Assembly: GCA_964016885.1 (NCBI GenBank) | Contig: OZ024748.1 | Location: 47,926,001-47,990,000 of the forward strand | DNA from: Eledone cirrhosa | Lineage: Eukaryota | Direction of reading: 5' to 3' | DNA length: 64,000 bases | Part shown: positions 26,200-38,621 of the stretch, in pieces | Layout of the letters: each line of letters starts with the position of its first letter | Numbering within the stretch: position 1 is the first letter of the stretch | Program-made: the position numbers and the translations under genes | The notes under the pieces: generated by a model | Database searches by the model: none | What the model was told of the DNA's origin: nothing | Seen by the model: only the letters and a program-made list of their open reading frames with translations

Positions 26200-29110
26200 C
26201 AATAAACACAGTCACAACAACAACCACAACAACACCAACCACAAAAACCCCCACCACCATCACAATGAACACAACAGTGACCACAATAACTTATACCACC
26301 ACCACCGTAACCCTCATCTACAACAACCACAAACACAACAACCATAATGACTACCACAATAACTAATATCACCAACACCACCACCACAACCCACAACTAC
26401 AACATCAACATCAAATACAACCATAACAACACCACCAATCACAACAAACACTGCCACAACAACAATAATGACTACTACAATGACCACCACCACAACAACA
26501 ATCACCACCAACCACCATCACCGCAATAACAGCACCAACCACAACAATAACAACAGCAACCACAACAATAACAACAATCACAACGCAATAACAACCACAA
26601 CAATAACAACAACAACAACAATAAACACAACACCATCACCACCACCACCACAACCACAACAACTACAACAACAGCAACGACAACAATAACAACCACAACA
26701 CCACCACAACAACAACAACAACATCACCACAACCACCACCAGCACCACCACAACCACAGCAACCACAACAATAACAACCACAACACCACCACAACCACCA
26801 CCACAACCACAACAACAACAACAACAGCAACCACAACAACCCAATGTCAAGATTATAAATAAACCAATCAATAAACAACAACAACAACAAGACTACTCTA
26901 TTGATTTACCAATTCCAGTAGCCATGACAACAAAGGTAGCAATGAATATTAAAGATTATTTTTATCCCATTTCTAGCATTGAACACTCTGCAGCTGGACA
27001 TGTTCTCCCACCACTGCCAACAACAACAACATACCACAACACCATCACCACTGCCAACAACAACAACATACCACCACAACAACACCACCACCACTGCCAA
27101 CAACAACATACCACCACCACAACAACACCACTGCCAATAGCAACATACCACCACAACAACACCACTGCCAATAGCAACATACCACCACAACAACAACACC
27201 ACTGCCAATAGCAACATACCACCACAACAACAACACCACTGCCAATAGCAACATACCACCACCACAACAACACCACTGCCAACAACAACATACCACCACA
27301 ACAACACCACTGCCAATAGCAACATACCACCACAACAACAACACCACTGCCAATAGCAACATACCACCACAACAACACCACTGCCAATAGCAACATACCA
27401 CCACAACAACAACACCACTGCCAACAACAACATACCACCACCACAACACCACTGCCAATAGCAACATACCACCACAACAACACCACGGCCAATAGCAACA
27501 TACCACCACAACAACAACACCACTGCCAACAACAACATACCACCACAACAACACCACTGCCAATAGCAACATACCACCACCACAACACCACTGCCAATAG
27601 CAACATACCACCACAACAACACCACTGCCAATAGCAACATACCACCACAACAACACCACTGCCAATAGCAACATACCACCACAACAACAACACCACTGCC
27701 AATAGCAACATACCACCACCACAACAACACCACTGCCAATAGCAACATACCACCACCACAACAACACCACTGCCAATAGCAACATACCACCACAACAACA
27801 ACATCACTGCCAATAGCAACATACCACCACAACAACAACACCACTGCCAATAGCAACATACCACCACAACAACAACACCACTGCCAATAGCAACATACCA
27901 CCACAACAACACCACCACTGCCAATAGCAACATACCACCACAACAACACCACTGCCAATAGCAACATACCACCACCACAACAACACCACTTCCAATAGCA
28001 ACATACCACCACCACAACAACACCACTGCCAATAGCAACATACCACCACAACAACAACACCACTGCCAACAACAACATACCACCACAACAACACCACCAC
28101 CACTGCCAACAACAACATACCACCACAACAACAACACCACTGCCAATAGCAACACACCACCACAACAACAACACCACTGCCAATAGCAACACACCACCAC
28201 AACAACAACACCACTGCCAATAGCAACATGAACTGCAATAACAACACCAGCACCACTGCCACAAACTAACCACAACATAAACTACTACAATAACAATCAC
28301 AACAACAACCACCACCACCACCACCATCACCACTACCAACCACTAACCAGAACACCATAAACAACAACCACCACAACAACACCACCACCACCATCAACAA
28401 CAACACTACCAACACCACCAACACCACCACCATCAACTACAATAGCACCACCACCACCACCACCGACCTTCACCATCAACTACAACAGCACCACCACCAC
28501 CACCAACTACCACCATCAACAACAGCACCACCACCACCACCACCACCACCACCACCGACCTTCCCCATCAACTACAACAGCACCACCACCACCACCAACT
28601 ACCACCATCAACAACAGCACCACCACCACCACCACCACCAACCTTCACCATCAACTACAACAGCACCACCACCACCACCAACTACCACCATCAACAACAG
28701 CACCACCACCACCAACCTTCACCATCAACTACAACAGCACCACCACCACCACCAACTACCACCATCAACAACAGCACCACCACCACCAACCTTCACCATC
28801 AACTACAACAGCACCACCACCACCACCAACTACCACCATCAACAACAGCACCACCACCACCACCACCAACCTTCACCATCAACTACAACAGCACCACCAC
28901 CACCACCAATTACCACCATCAACAACAGCACCACCACCACCACCAACCACAATATAAACTGCAACCACAACAAACCAAAAACAACAACAGCAACAATAAC
29001 AACAACCATCACCAACAACACACCACCAGCCACCAATAACAACATTAACCATCATCATCATCATCACCAACAACACAACACCCATTAAGCCTCACCACCA
29101 CCACCATCAT
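26200..29110. repeat. CAA/CAC low-complexity region containing a ~33-39 bp minisatellite (27010-28230)
   Basis: Unit ccactgccaatagcaacataccaccacaacaaca; a second unit type at ~28430-28950. Confidence 0.88.
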
Positions 29111-29352
29111 CATTAATAACCATCCCCCTTGTTTATAGGAAGAAGGGGGCTATCTATTTTTATTTAATAAGCTGCCAGCATAAACAAAACCTGTCTTTTA
29201 TTACAAACACCATTATTTCATATATTCTACCATACATACACATATACACATGCATATATATATATAGAGAGAGAGATTGATACATATATATATATATATA
29301 TATATATCATCATCATCATCGTTTAACGTCCATCTTCCATGCTAGCATGGGT

Positions 29353-29394
<42 letters not shown>

Positions 29395-29432
29395 TTGATT
29401 TATATCATATATATATATACACACGCACATAT

Positions 29433-30055
29433 ATCATCATCATCATCATCATCATCGTTTAACGTCCATATTCCACGCTTGCATGGGTTTGGACGGGAGT
29501 TTTCCCACTTGAGGCAAGAGTGGTTGTCTTGCTCGCATAGGACTGTCTGGCGGGTTTTCTACGGCTGGATGCCCTTCCTAACACCAACCACATTTACAGT
29601 GTGGAACTGGGAGGTTTTTACCGTGTTACCTACACGGCCACATTACAGCGTGGACTGTGTGTTTTTTTGTCGTGACACCTACACGACCTCATTTGTTTCG
29701 GGCTGGATGTTGTGACACCAACATAACTTTACATTGAAAGGGGTGGTGTGGATGCGGTGGGGGTAGTGGGACGGGTGTATTTTGTTAGAGGTGGCTACTG
29801 ACTGTAGTAGGTTTCACTTTGTACTTAGGTAAGGCGGGTCTTCTCTATTACTGAGTACCGCCAAAGCTCTCGGTCCAGTGACATTGTCTTGGAGAGGTGT
29901 AAGTGTGTGAGGTTGGAATTTATCAAGCCGTCCCAGGTTTTTCTGGGTCTGCCTACTCCGTGGCTACCGTCTATTTTTATTGCCCTGCACTTTTTTATAC
30001 AGCTGTCGTCTTTCATGCGCATCACGTGACCATACCAACGTAGTCTTCTCTCGAG
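29433..30055 (-). mobile_element. RTE LINE 3' end (family RTE-2) with long 3' UTR
   Basis: ERRLRWYGHVMRMKDDSCIKKC...GRPRKTW...IEKTRLT*, then ~370 bp and a (GAT)n tail. A second UTR-only copy lies at 30577-30940. Confidence 0.82.
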
Positions 30056-30226
30056 TAAACAACATATATATATATATATATATATTAAGTTGTTAAACAA
30101 TATTCGATGATTATGTCAAAGAATGAGTTTTACAGTAGATTGGAAGCACTCAACTGGAAATAATTTGCAGGAGTTATTAATATTTAAATATAAGTATTAA
30201 TAAAATAGATGTTCTTTTGATCAATT

Positions 30227-30282
30227 ACATTTTATTATACATATTTCGGATGTACAACAGTACGTCCCATCAGACAAAATAT
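30227..30282 (-). ncRNA. Hammerhead-like motif related to H1, core lacking A9
   Basis: Minus strand: ATATTTTGT-CTGATG-GGACGTAC TGTT GTACATCC-GAAAT-ATGT-ATA-ATAAAATGT. 9 bp stem I including two GU pairs. Confidence 0.65.
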
Positions 30283-30334
30283 AATGATACATGACATACC
30301 CTGAGATATTAAATGGTTAAGATTTAATCAAACA

Positions 30335-30412
<78 letters not shown>

Positions 30413-30575
30413 CAGAGTACTCGATACTTAGGGTAGTAGAGTGGGTAATAGGAAAAGAGTCAGGACCTGACAGCTGAGCTCCGGCCATTTCGACAGCTAG
30501 ATCCAAACAGTTCAGATCTAGCTGTCGAAACAGCCGGAGCTCAGCCATCGGGGTCCTGACTCTTTGCCTATATAT

Positions 30576-30608
<33 letters not shown>

Positions 30609-31129
30609 GTTTAACGTCCATCTTGCACGCTTGCATGGGTTTGGACGGGAGTTTTCCCACTTGAGGCTAGATTGGTCGTCTCGCTCGTATAGGACTGTCT
30701 GGCGGGTTTTCTACGGCTGGATGCCCTTCCTAACACCAACCACGTTTACAGTGTGGGGCTGGGAGGTTTTTACTGTGTTACCTACACAGCAACATTACAG
30801 CGTGGACTGTGTGTGTTTTTTTTTTGTTGTGACACCTACACGACCTCATTTATTTAGGACTGGATGTTGTGGTACCAACATAACTTTACATCGAAAGGGG
30901 TGGTGTGGATTGGGCGGGGGTGTATTTTTGTTAGAGGTGCCTATATATATATTTATATATACACACACATTTGGTAAAACAGTGATCAATATATGATATA
31001 GAGTTATTAAAAAAAAAAACTTGAGATAATGAGATTATGAACCATAGCTACTGCAAGATCTGTATTTCCAATTTTTGTCATGACTTATATGATCATAATG
31101 TTATTTACATTTAAGATCAAAATATTATG

Positions 31130-31580
31130 TATTTTCGAGATCATATAGTTATGTACTTTTAAAATTATAAGGTTATATGTTCTCCCAAGATCATAAGGTT
31201 ATGTGTTCTCCCAAGGTCATAAGGTTATGTGTTCTTGAGATCATAAGGCTATGTGTTCTCAAGATCATAAGGTTATGTTCTCCCAAGATCATAAGTTTAT
31301 GTGTTCTCTATATCATAAGGTTATGTATTCTCAAGATCATAAATTTATGTGTACTCCCAAGATCATAAGTTCATGTGTTCTCTCAAGATCAGAAGTTTAT
31401 GTATTCTTAAGATCATAAATGCATGTGTTCTCAAGAACATAAGCTTGTGTTCTCCCAAGATCATAATCTTATGCATTCTCAAGATTATAAGTTTATGTGT
31501 TCTTGAGATCATAAGGCTAATCATTCTCAAGATCATAAGGTCATGTAATCTCTAGATCATAAGTTTATGTAGTATCAAGA
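31130..31580. repeat. Degenerate ~24-26 bp minisatellite
   Basis: tcaagatcataaggttatgtgttc units. Confidence 0.8.
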
Positions 31581-31781
31581 TAAGTAGTAAGAGACTCTCA
31601 GGAGGTCAGCAGAAGACTCTCTGGACAGCAGAAGGTCTTCAAAGAAGAAAACCTCCTCAAGCAAGTGTTTCTGCTCTTAACTTCTTACACTCTAAGGGTG
31701 CAAGGCTGTATCCAGGTCATGACTCCTGGATGCCCTCTTACTGACATTTAGCCATTCAGATATCAGAAACTCATTTTCTAT

Positions 31782-32009
31782 TTAACCCTTTACCATTTAC
31801 ATTACTCTATATTTACTATAATATCTTCATGCTAAAGGCTTTAACTCACATAATTATCTCACATAATATTGAATCTATGAGATTTTGATATTATTTATTT
31901 TGAGAACAATACCCTAACAACAGTATCAGGCGCCGGTTACGACCAGTTTTAACAAAAAGAAGTGAGAGAATTCTGGCCAGATATGCTGGTTTAAATGCTA
32001 AAGGGTTAA
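31782..32009 (-). mobile_element. piggyBac-type MITE
   Basis: TTAA-CCCTTT...AAAGGG-TTAA; reverse complement of the copies at 38-40 kb. Confidence 0.85.
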
Positions 32010-32149
32010 ACCATATGGAGATGTTGTTGACACACATCATAAAGTTATGTGTTCTCAAGATCATAACTCTATGATTATGACCCCAGATTGAGTGGCAAAT
32101 TGTATGTTTGAGCAAGGAACTTCACTTCATATTGCTTCTATAATATATA

Positions 32150-32500
32150 TCATAATCATCATCATCATTTTATGTCCGCTTTTCCCTGCTTGCAAGGGTG
32201 GGATGGGTCCTATTCAGCACAGCATCTCTCCACTTGTCACAGTCCTTCATCATCTCCACCGTGAGTTTCAGCGATCTGAGGTCTGCTCTCACCACCTCCG
32301 CCCATGTTTTTTGTGGTCTTCCTCTACTGCATCTTCCTTCAACTGGCATTTCTTGGCACTTCTTTACCCAGCGGTCATCCTCCATACATCACATGTCCAT
32401 ACCCTCTCAGTCTTCTCTCCCGCACACTACAAATTATCCCTCTTAAACACAGTTTCTCTCTCAACACATCCATGCTTGGTCGTTCACGTACATTGACATA
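32150..32500 (-). mobile_element. RTE-1 LINE 3' end
   Basis: MEDDRWVKKCQEMPVEGRCSRGRPQKTW...LASREKRT*; ends ~90 bp before the exon acceptor. Confidence 0.88.
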
Positions 32501-32593
32501 TATATATATAGTTTATCTACCTATCAGTTAACTGTTAGCTTCTCTATCTATCTACCTATCTAACTAACAATCTTTCAATCACTCTTTCTCCAG

Positions 32594-32688
32594 ATATGCC
32601 ATCACAGATTATGCCTACAGATCAATGAGAGATCGAAACCTGGATCAATGTATCATCATCTCAGGAGAAAGTGGAGCAGGAAAAACTG
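32594..32688 (+). CDS. Myo1: Class I myosin heavy chain, internal exon containing the ATP-binding P-loop
   Basis: Acceptor ctctttctccag and donor gtaagt at 32689. 95 nt; the first base completes Ile (AT|A) from the previous exon, then [31 protein letters not shown]+G. Phase matches exon 2291-2406. Confidence 0.96.
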
Positions 32689-32886
32689 GTAAGTTCCTCA
32701 TTTTCTAGTTTCTATACTACTACTACTACTGCTGTTGCTGCTGCTACAACTACCACCACCACTATGTATGCTTCTCCCTTGCCATTTATATATATATATA
32801 TATATATTTACTATCCAGGAAGCTCCAACCGTTAAGGTTGTCTTTTTTTTCCGGGTATGTCAATATTTATTTATAAAACAAATCTG

Positions 32887-32952
32887 TATTTTATCTGATG
32901 AAAGCGCACCATAATTTGCCTTGGTTGCCCTTGAAATATATATAATAAAATA
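32887..32952 (+). ncRNA. Minimal type I hammerhead ribozyme, intact core (family H1)
   Basis: TATTTTAT-CTGATGA-[AAGCGCACCA...TGGTTGCCCTT stem II]-GAAA-T-ATAT-ATA-ATAAAATA. Perfect 8 bp stem I, palindromic short stem III, AUA triplet. Distal stem I extension TATTTATAAAAC/GTTTTATAAATA. Confidence 0.8.
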
Positions 32953-33436
32953 AATATGGTTTTATAAATATAGTTTCCATTTATTAATATATTGTGTATT
33001 TACTCCACTAACTTGTTGAGTGCTTTATATCAGTTATAAAAATGTTTAAGCTTGTTGAATCCCAACAAATTAAATATAACCTCTGCATATATATATTTAT
33101 ATAGTTCAAGGAGACGACAAAACAGGGATACAAAAAGTCTTATTAATTTCACGCATTATATGGAAAAGGGGAAAGAAAGTTTGACGTGTTGTGGTTTAGC
33201 CCTTCTTCAGGAGTACTAAAATAGAGACACGATTACAAAGGGTAGATACAGAATATAAAAGGTAGTCCAAGTAAAAATACGAAAATAAAGAGAGTACACA
33301 AGACAAACCGTCAGGTAGTCTTGGTAACAATTTTCGGACGCAAAATGAAATGTGTGTGTATTAGTGTTGATATCATGTCTGCCTGTATGTGTATGTTTAA
33401 ATGTGTTTTTTTTTAAAGGTTTATTGTGTAAAGTAT

Positions 33437-33474
<38 letters not shown>

Positions 33475-33535
33475 TAATTCCGAAGAAAAAGCAAAGGAAA
33501 AAAAGAGTGCTCTATGTATTAAACAGAGCTATTTA

Positions 33536-33703
33536 ATTAGAAATTGAACAACATCAAATATAACTACTCCATTACCAAAGGTTTCTGGATCCCAAACAAT
33601 ATTAATATATGTCTGGATCGGTCATCAGATGTATATTAATATTGTCTGGGATCCAGAAGCCTTCGATAATGGAGTAGTTATATTTTGTGTTGTTCACTTT
33701 CTA

Positions 33704-33705
<2 letters not shown>
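33536..33705. repeat. ~80 bp-arm imperfect inverted repeat, TA-flanked
   Basis: attagaaattgaacaac...atgtctg / cagatgtat...tgttcactttctaat with a ~10 nt loop. Confidence 0.88.
33570..33632 (-). ncRNA. Hammerhead-like motif with long stem II, inside a fold-back repeat
   Basis: Minus strand: ACAT-CTGATGA-CCGATCCAGACA...TGTTTGGGATCCA-GAAAC-CTTTG-GTA-ATG. 3 bp stem I, 3 bp stem III, GUA triplet; base of stem II mismatched. Confidence 0.6.
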
Positions 33706-33739
<34 letters not shown>

Positions 33740-33924
33740 ATAAATAGGGAGAAAAAGACGATTATTAGGAAGAAAAACTTTTTTTTTTCCTTTATTTTTT
33801 TCTCTTTTTTCTGGTTAGAAAATGTTTAAAACAAAATATTTTACTTTGTGTGAAGTGTCAAGGTATTAGTTAATTTATTTATTAATTAACAATGACATTT
33901 ATTTATTTATTTATTTAATAATTG

Positions 33925-33965
33925 TCTCTTACCGGTTTCAGCATTTTATGCATTATCAAAAAGGA
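33925..33965 (-). ncRNA. Hammerhead variant with U3-A8 core (left arm of palindrome)
   Basis: Minus strand: CCTTT-TTGATAA-TGCATAAAATGCT-GAAAC-CG-GTA-AGAG. Palindromic ACCGGT stem III, 4 bp stem I. Confidence 0.5.
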
Positions 33966-34020
33966 GAGTGTTCAACCTTATCTTCTCTCCAACATTTTAT
34001 ACCAATACAAATTCCCCACC

Positions 34021-34052
34021 TTTGATAATGCATAAAATGCTGAAACCGGTAA
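34021..34052 (+). ncRNA. Hammerhead variant with U3-A8 core (right arm of palindrome)
   Basis: TTGATAA-TGCATAAAATGCT-GAAACCGGTA, core identical to the left arm, but stem I is not supported by these flanks. Confidence 0.4.
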
Positions 34053-35003
34053 TAAACAATTATTAAATATATAAATAAATAAATGCCATTGTTAATTATA
34101 AATAAATTAACTAATACCTTAACACTTCACACAAAGTAAAATATTTTGTTTTAAACATTTTCTAACCCAGAAAAAAGAGAAAAAAATAAAGGAAAAAAAT
34201 ATATTTTTCTTCCTAATAATCGTCTTTTTCTCCCTATTTACATATATATATATATTCCAACTCATGTGCTCCTTCTCGACATTTTATAATTATGTATATA
34301 TATATATATATTTAGAAGGGTCAAGGGGCTGTGTGGTTACTTGATAAAGTATATTTAGAAATAAAAGGAAAGTACAAACAAAGGTCAGGTCCTCTCTTCA
34401 GTTGTCTGCTGGACATCTCAAACATTTTAACATTAAAAGTCTTGGTGCCAACACAACTTGGCACCAGTGTTATTGTATACATGACCCAAATTTAACCTTG
34501 CCATGTGACTGAGGAAAATATAAAGGATGATTCTACTTGGAACCAATGTTGCTGCAAGCACAGACCAAACCAAATTTATACTCTCTCTCTGTGACCAATG
34601 ATGTTAAAGAAACTATAGTTTGGCACGAGTGTTGTTGCAATATTTCTATTAGAATTTAAAGAACTGGAAAAACAAATACCACAAAACTTCCAATTGGGTG
34701 CTCTACCAGTTCTGTCAATCCAGTACCCTAAACTTATAGTTTATTTATTGGCTGTGAAAGGCCAAAATTTGAAGCCAAGCTTGGCTCAGAACACATAGAG
34801 CCATAAAAATAAATAATACTGCAAGGCATCTCATATATATGTGTGTATGTATATATAGAGTTAATTTTACAATTATATATACATATATTAATATATATAT
34901 ACAGAGTCAGGTTTGATCTATAATAGATCTTGCCTCAAGCAGATCGATAGAGAAACATATGTAATATGGTATGATGCAACTTAATCCTTATAATTATAAT
35001 ATA

Positions 35004-35332
35004 TTGGCAGTATTGGTAGAGGGTCGGACGCCATGCTTTCCAGCATAGTTACGTCCCTTTACGATCTGAGTTCAAATCCCGCCGAGGTTAACTTTGCCTT
35101 TCATCCTTACGAGGTCGATAACATAAAGTACCAGTAATACACTGGGATAATTGCTGGCCTTGTGCCAAAAGTAGAAACAATTATAATATATATAGTTACG
35201 TCCCTTTACGATCTGAGTTCAAATCCCACCGAGGTTAACTTTGTCTTTCATCATCCTTACGGGGTCGATAAAATAAAGTACCAGTAATGTACTGAGATAA
35301 TTGCTGGCCTTGTGCCAAGAGTAGAAACAATT
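35004..35332 (+). mobile_element. SINE family A plus tandem partial duplicate
   Basis: 35004-35182 and 35194-35332. Confidence 0.82.
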
Positions 35333-35348
35333 ATAATATATATATATA

Positions 35349-35452
35349 TACAGAGTGTCCTCCAAAAATGTATACTGACTTCAACAGCATTCTATTAAAT
35401 ATCGCATGTACAGGTAATCAAAATGTGTATACATTTTGAGGGACAACCTGTA
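35349..35452. mobile_element. ~100 bp Tc1/mariner-type MITE
   Basis: TA-CAGAGTGTCCTCCAAAAATGTATAC ... GTATACATTTTGAGGGACAACCTG-TA imperfect TIRs. Confidence 0.65.
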
Positions 35453-35465
35453 TATATATATATAC

Positions 35466-35494
<29 letters not shown>

Positions 35495-35496
<2 letters not shown>

Positions 35497-35887
35497 ATCA
35501 TTTCATCATTTCATTTTACGTCTGCTTTTCCCTGCTTGCAAGGGTGGGACGGGAACTGATTCTGGCTTGATTTCTACAGCTGGATGCCCTTCCTAACACC
35601 AACCTCATTTACAGTGAGTGCTGGGTGCTTTTTTGCCGTGACGCCTACACGTCCACTTTACAGTGTGGGCTGGGTGCTTTTTTTGCCGTGGCACCTCCAC
35701 GACCACTTTACAGTGGAATGATATGGACCCCAGTCCCTATCATCTCATTTCTACAGCTGAATAAACTGGAGCAATGTGAAATAAAGTGTCTTGCTCAAGG
35801 AAACAACACATCACCCGGTCTGAGAATTGAACTCACAACCTTTTGATTGCAAGCCCAATGCTCTAACCACCAAGCCATGTGCCTCCA
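35495..35887 (-). mobile_element. SINE family B, full length
   Basis: Head, two 49 bp units, RTE-1 tail. Confidence 0.88.
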
Positions 35888-36214
35888 CTATATATATAAC
35901 TAATTTCACAATTACTCACACATACAGATATATATATAAATTTCTGACTTGTTTTTTTTTTCGGTTACATATTCTTTAGGAAATTATAAATGAAAAACCG
36001 AAACAACAACAACAACAACAAAAGCAAATCTAAGATTCTTGGATGGTCAAAGAAAAAGTCTTGAATTTTTTTTCTGACGTCCATTATTCTGTTGTTCTCA
36101 AATCATTCACTGAACATTCTTTGCTGCAGGAATAAATGTTACCATTTTTTTTATTGTCTTTCTTATTAAGTCTGTATATCTATGTATAGATCAGGTATTG
36201 TGGTGTGCTGTGGG

Positions 36215-36310
36215 ATGTGTGTATATATATATATATACATAGATGGACACATGTATGTATGTATATATATATATATATATATACATGGATGACACATGTA
36301 TGTATGTATG

Positions 36311-36343
<33 letters not shown>

Positions 36344-36810
36344 ATGTGTGGTTGTGTGCGCGTGTGTGGTTGTGTGTGTGTGTGTGTGGTTGTGTGTGTG
36401 TGTGTGTGGTTGTGTGTGTGGTTGTGGTTGTGTGTGTGTGGTTGTGGTTGTGATTGTGGTTGTGGTTGTGTGTGTGGTTGTGTGTGTGTGTGTGGCTGTG
36501 TGGCTGTGTGGTTGTGTGTGTGGTTGCGGTTGTGTGTGTGTGGCTGTGTGGTTGTGTGTTGTGGTTGCATGTGTGTGTGTGGTGTGTGTGTGTGTGGTTG
36601 TGTGTGTGTGGTTGTGGTTGTGTGTGGTTGTGTGTGTGGTTGTGTAGTTGTGTCTGTGTGTGTCTGTGTGTGTGTGTGCATGTGCGGTTGTGTGTGTGTG
36701 TGCGTGTGCGGTTGTGGGTGTGTGGTTGTGTGTGTGTGTGGATGTATGTACATATACATGTGTGTGTATGTGTGTGTGTTTAGGTGTGTATGTATGTGTG
36801 TATGGCATGA

Positions 36811-36842
<32 letters not shown>

Positions 36843-36988
36843 GGGTGTGTGTGTATGTGAATATATATACATTCACACACATATATATGTGCATATATAT
36901 ATTTATATAATGTTTACATGTCTCTGTATAAACAAATATATTTGTGTATATTTTTATGTGTGTGTGTATATGTGTGTGTGTATGTATG

Positions 36989-37019
<31 letters not shown>

Positions 37020-37410
37020 GTGTGTGTGTTCTCTGAAACTTCTCCATACTCTGTCTATGCCAAGTTCCTGCCAGTGGGTAGTGATGGAATGGTACAGCAT
37101 GAGGTGAAATGAATCAGTAATGTTAAGAATCAGTGTGGTTTGGTGTGGTGCGGTGTAGTGTCATGTAGTGTGGTGTGGAATGGTGTGGTGTAGTTTCGTG
37201 TAGTTTTGTGTAAATATTGTGTGGTGTGGTTCAGTGAAGTATGTTGTGATGTGGTGTGGTGTAGTGTAGTTTTGTGTAATGTTGTGTGGTGAAGTATGTT
37301 GTGGTGTAGTGTAGTTTAGTTTTGTGTAATGTTGTGTGGTGAAGTATATTGTGGTGTGTTGTAGTTTGATGATAGTGTGGTGTAGTGTAGGAAGATGTAG
37401 TGTGATGTGG
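36215..37410. repeat. TG/TA-rich compound microsatellites
   Basis: Direct inspection. Confidence 0.85.
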
Positions 37411-37754
37411 AAACACATTTGTGTTTAATTTTGAAAATAATTAGTTCTAAAATAGCTTAATAACTTACAGTCTTTTTTTGGTACCGATCAATTTACAGCA
37501 AGGTACGACAGATATCAAAGGAAAGAAAAGTAATATTTTGAAGAACAAGAAAGAAGAAAATAATTACAGTTCCTAGAATATTCTAGATAGAAAAAGGAAG
37601 GGAAAAATTAATCACAGGAAAAAAAGTTTATTAAACAAGGAAGAAATTCTAGAATCTTATTTTACCATTCCAGTTATTGGATCAAAATTATAGACTTAAT
37701 TTTTTTTTTTGTACTTTTTAAAAAAAATATTTCTTTTTATGGTTGTGTCATTAC

Positions 37755-38060
37755 CATCATCATCATGACCATCACCATCGTTTCTACATCTGAGTTTCAA
37801 TGCTTGCGTAGTTAGGATGGATCCTTTTCAGCGCAGCATCTCTCCACTCGCTGCAATTTTTCGTCATCTCCACTTTCAGTTTCAGTAATTTGAGATCAAC
37901 TCTCACCATCTCTGCTCAGGTCTTCCTTGGCCTTCCTCTACTGTAGCTTCTTTCCACTGGGATTTCTTAATACATCTTCACCCAGCAATCTCCATCCGAG
38001 TGCATCAAATGCCGCTACCAACACAGTTTTCTCTCTTACACACAACCTCTGATTCCTCTT
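37755..38060 (-). mobile_element. Old RTE LINE 3' fragment
   Basis: Diverged homology to 22447-22772. Confidence 0.7.
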
Positions 38061-38287
38061 GACCCTTTAGCATACAAACCGGCCGTATCCAGTCAGAATT
38101 CTCTCACCTCTTTCTGTTCAAATTGACTGTAACTGGCTGCTCATACCGACGTTGAGATATTGTTCTCAAGATAAATAATATCAAAATCTCATAGGTTTGA
38201 TATTATGTGAGATAATTATCAGAGATTAAGCTTTTACTTTGAAAATACAATGGTAAATATAGAGTAATGTAGATGTTAAAGGGTTAA
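38059..38287 (+). mobile_element. piggyBac-type MITE
   Basis: TTGA-CCCTTT...AAAGGG-TTAA. Confidence 0.8.
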
Positions 38288-38621
38288 ACCCAGCCTTTGT
38301 TAGTTTATATATTTACTAGGCAACCATGATGTAATTCGATGTTCAATCCCATTAGATGGCACTATTGGTAGAACCTTTTTTTTCATCTTCCCTTTAGTCT
38401 TGGCTTGAAAAAAATACTTTTAAATTTGGTAGACAGAAGCTGTGTGTTGGCCAGTTCTATATCACTATTATCAACATGGGAATTTAGGAGATTACCTTAA
38501 ACAAGAGACCAAGTCTGAATGCTTGCAGCAGAGATCTCTTATTTGACAAATAGCAGGATAATAATGTTCTCTCTCTCTCTCTTTCTCCCTCTCTCTGTGA
38601 TATGTATATACCACTGACTGT

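Larger units (their letters stand above)
33741..34240. repeat. ~220 bp-arm inverted repeat with 60 bp spacer
   Basis: Arms 33741-33960 and 34021-34240 are reverse complementary with few differences; bounded by TG/TA microsatellites. Confidence 0.9.
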
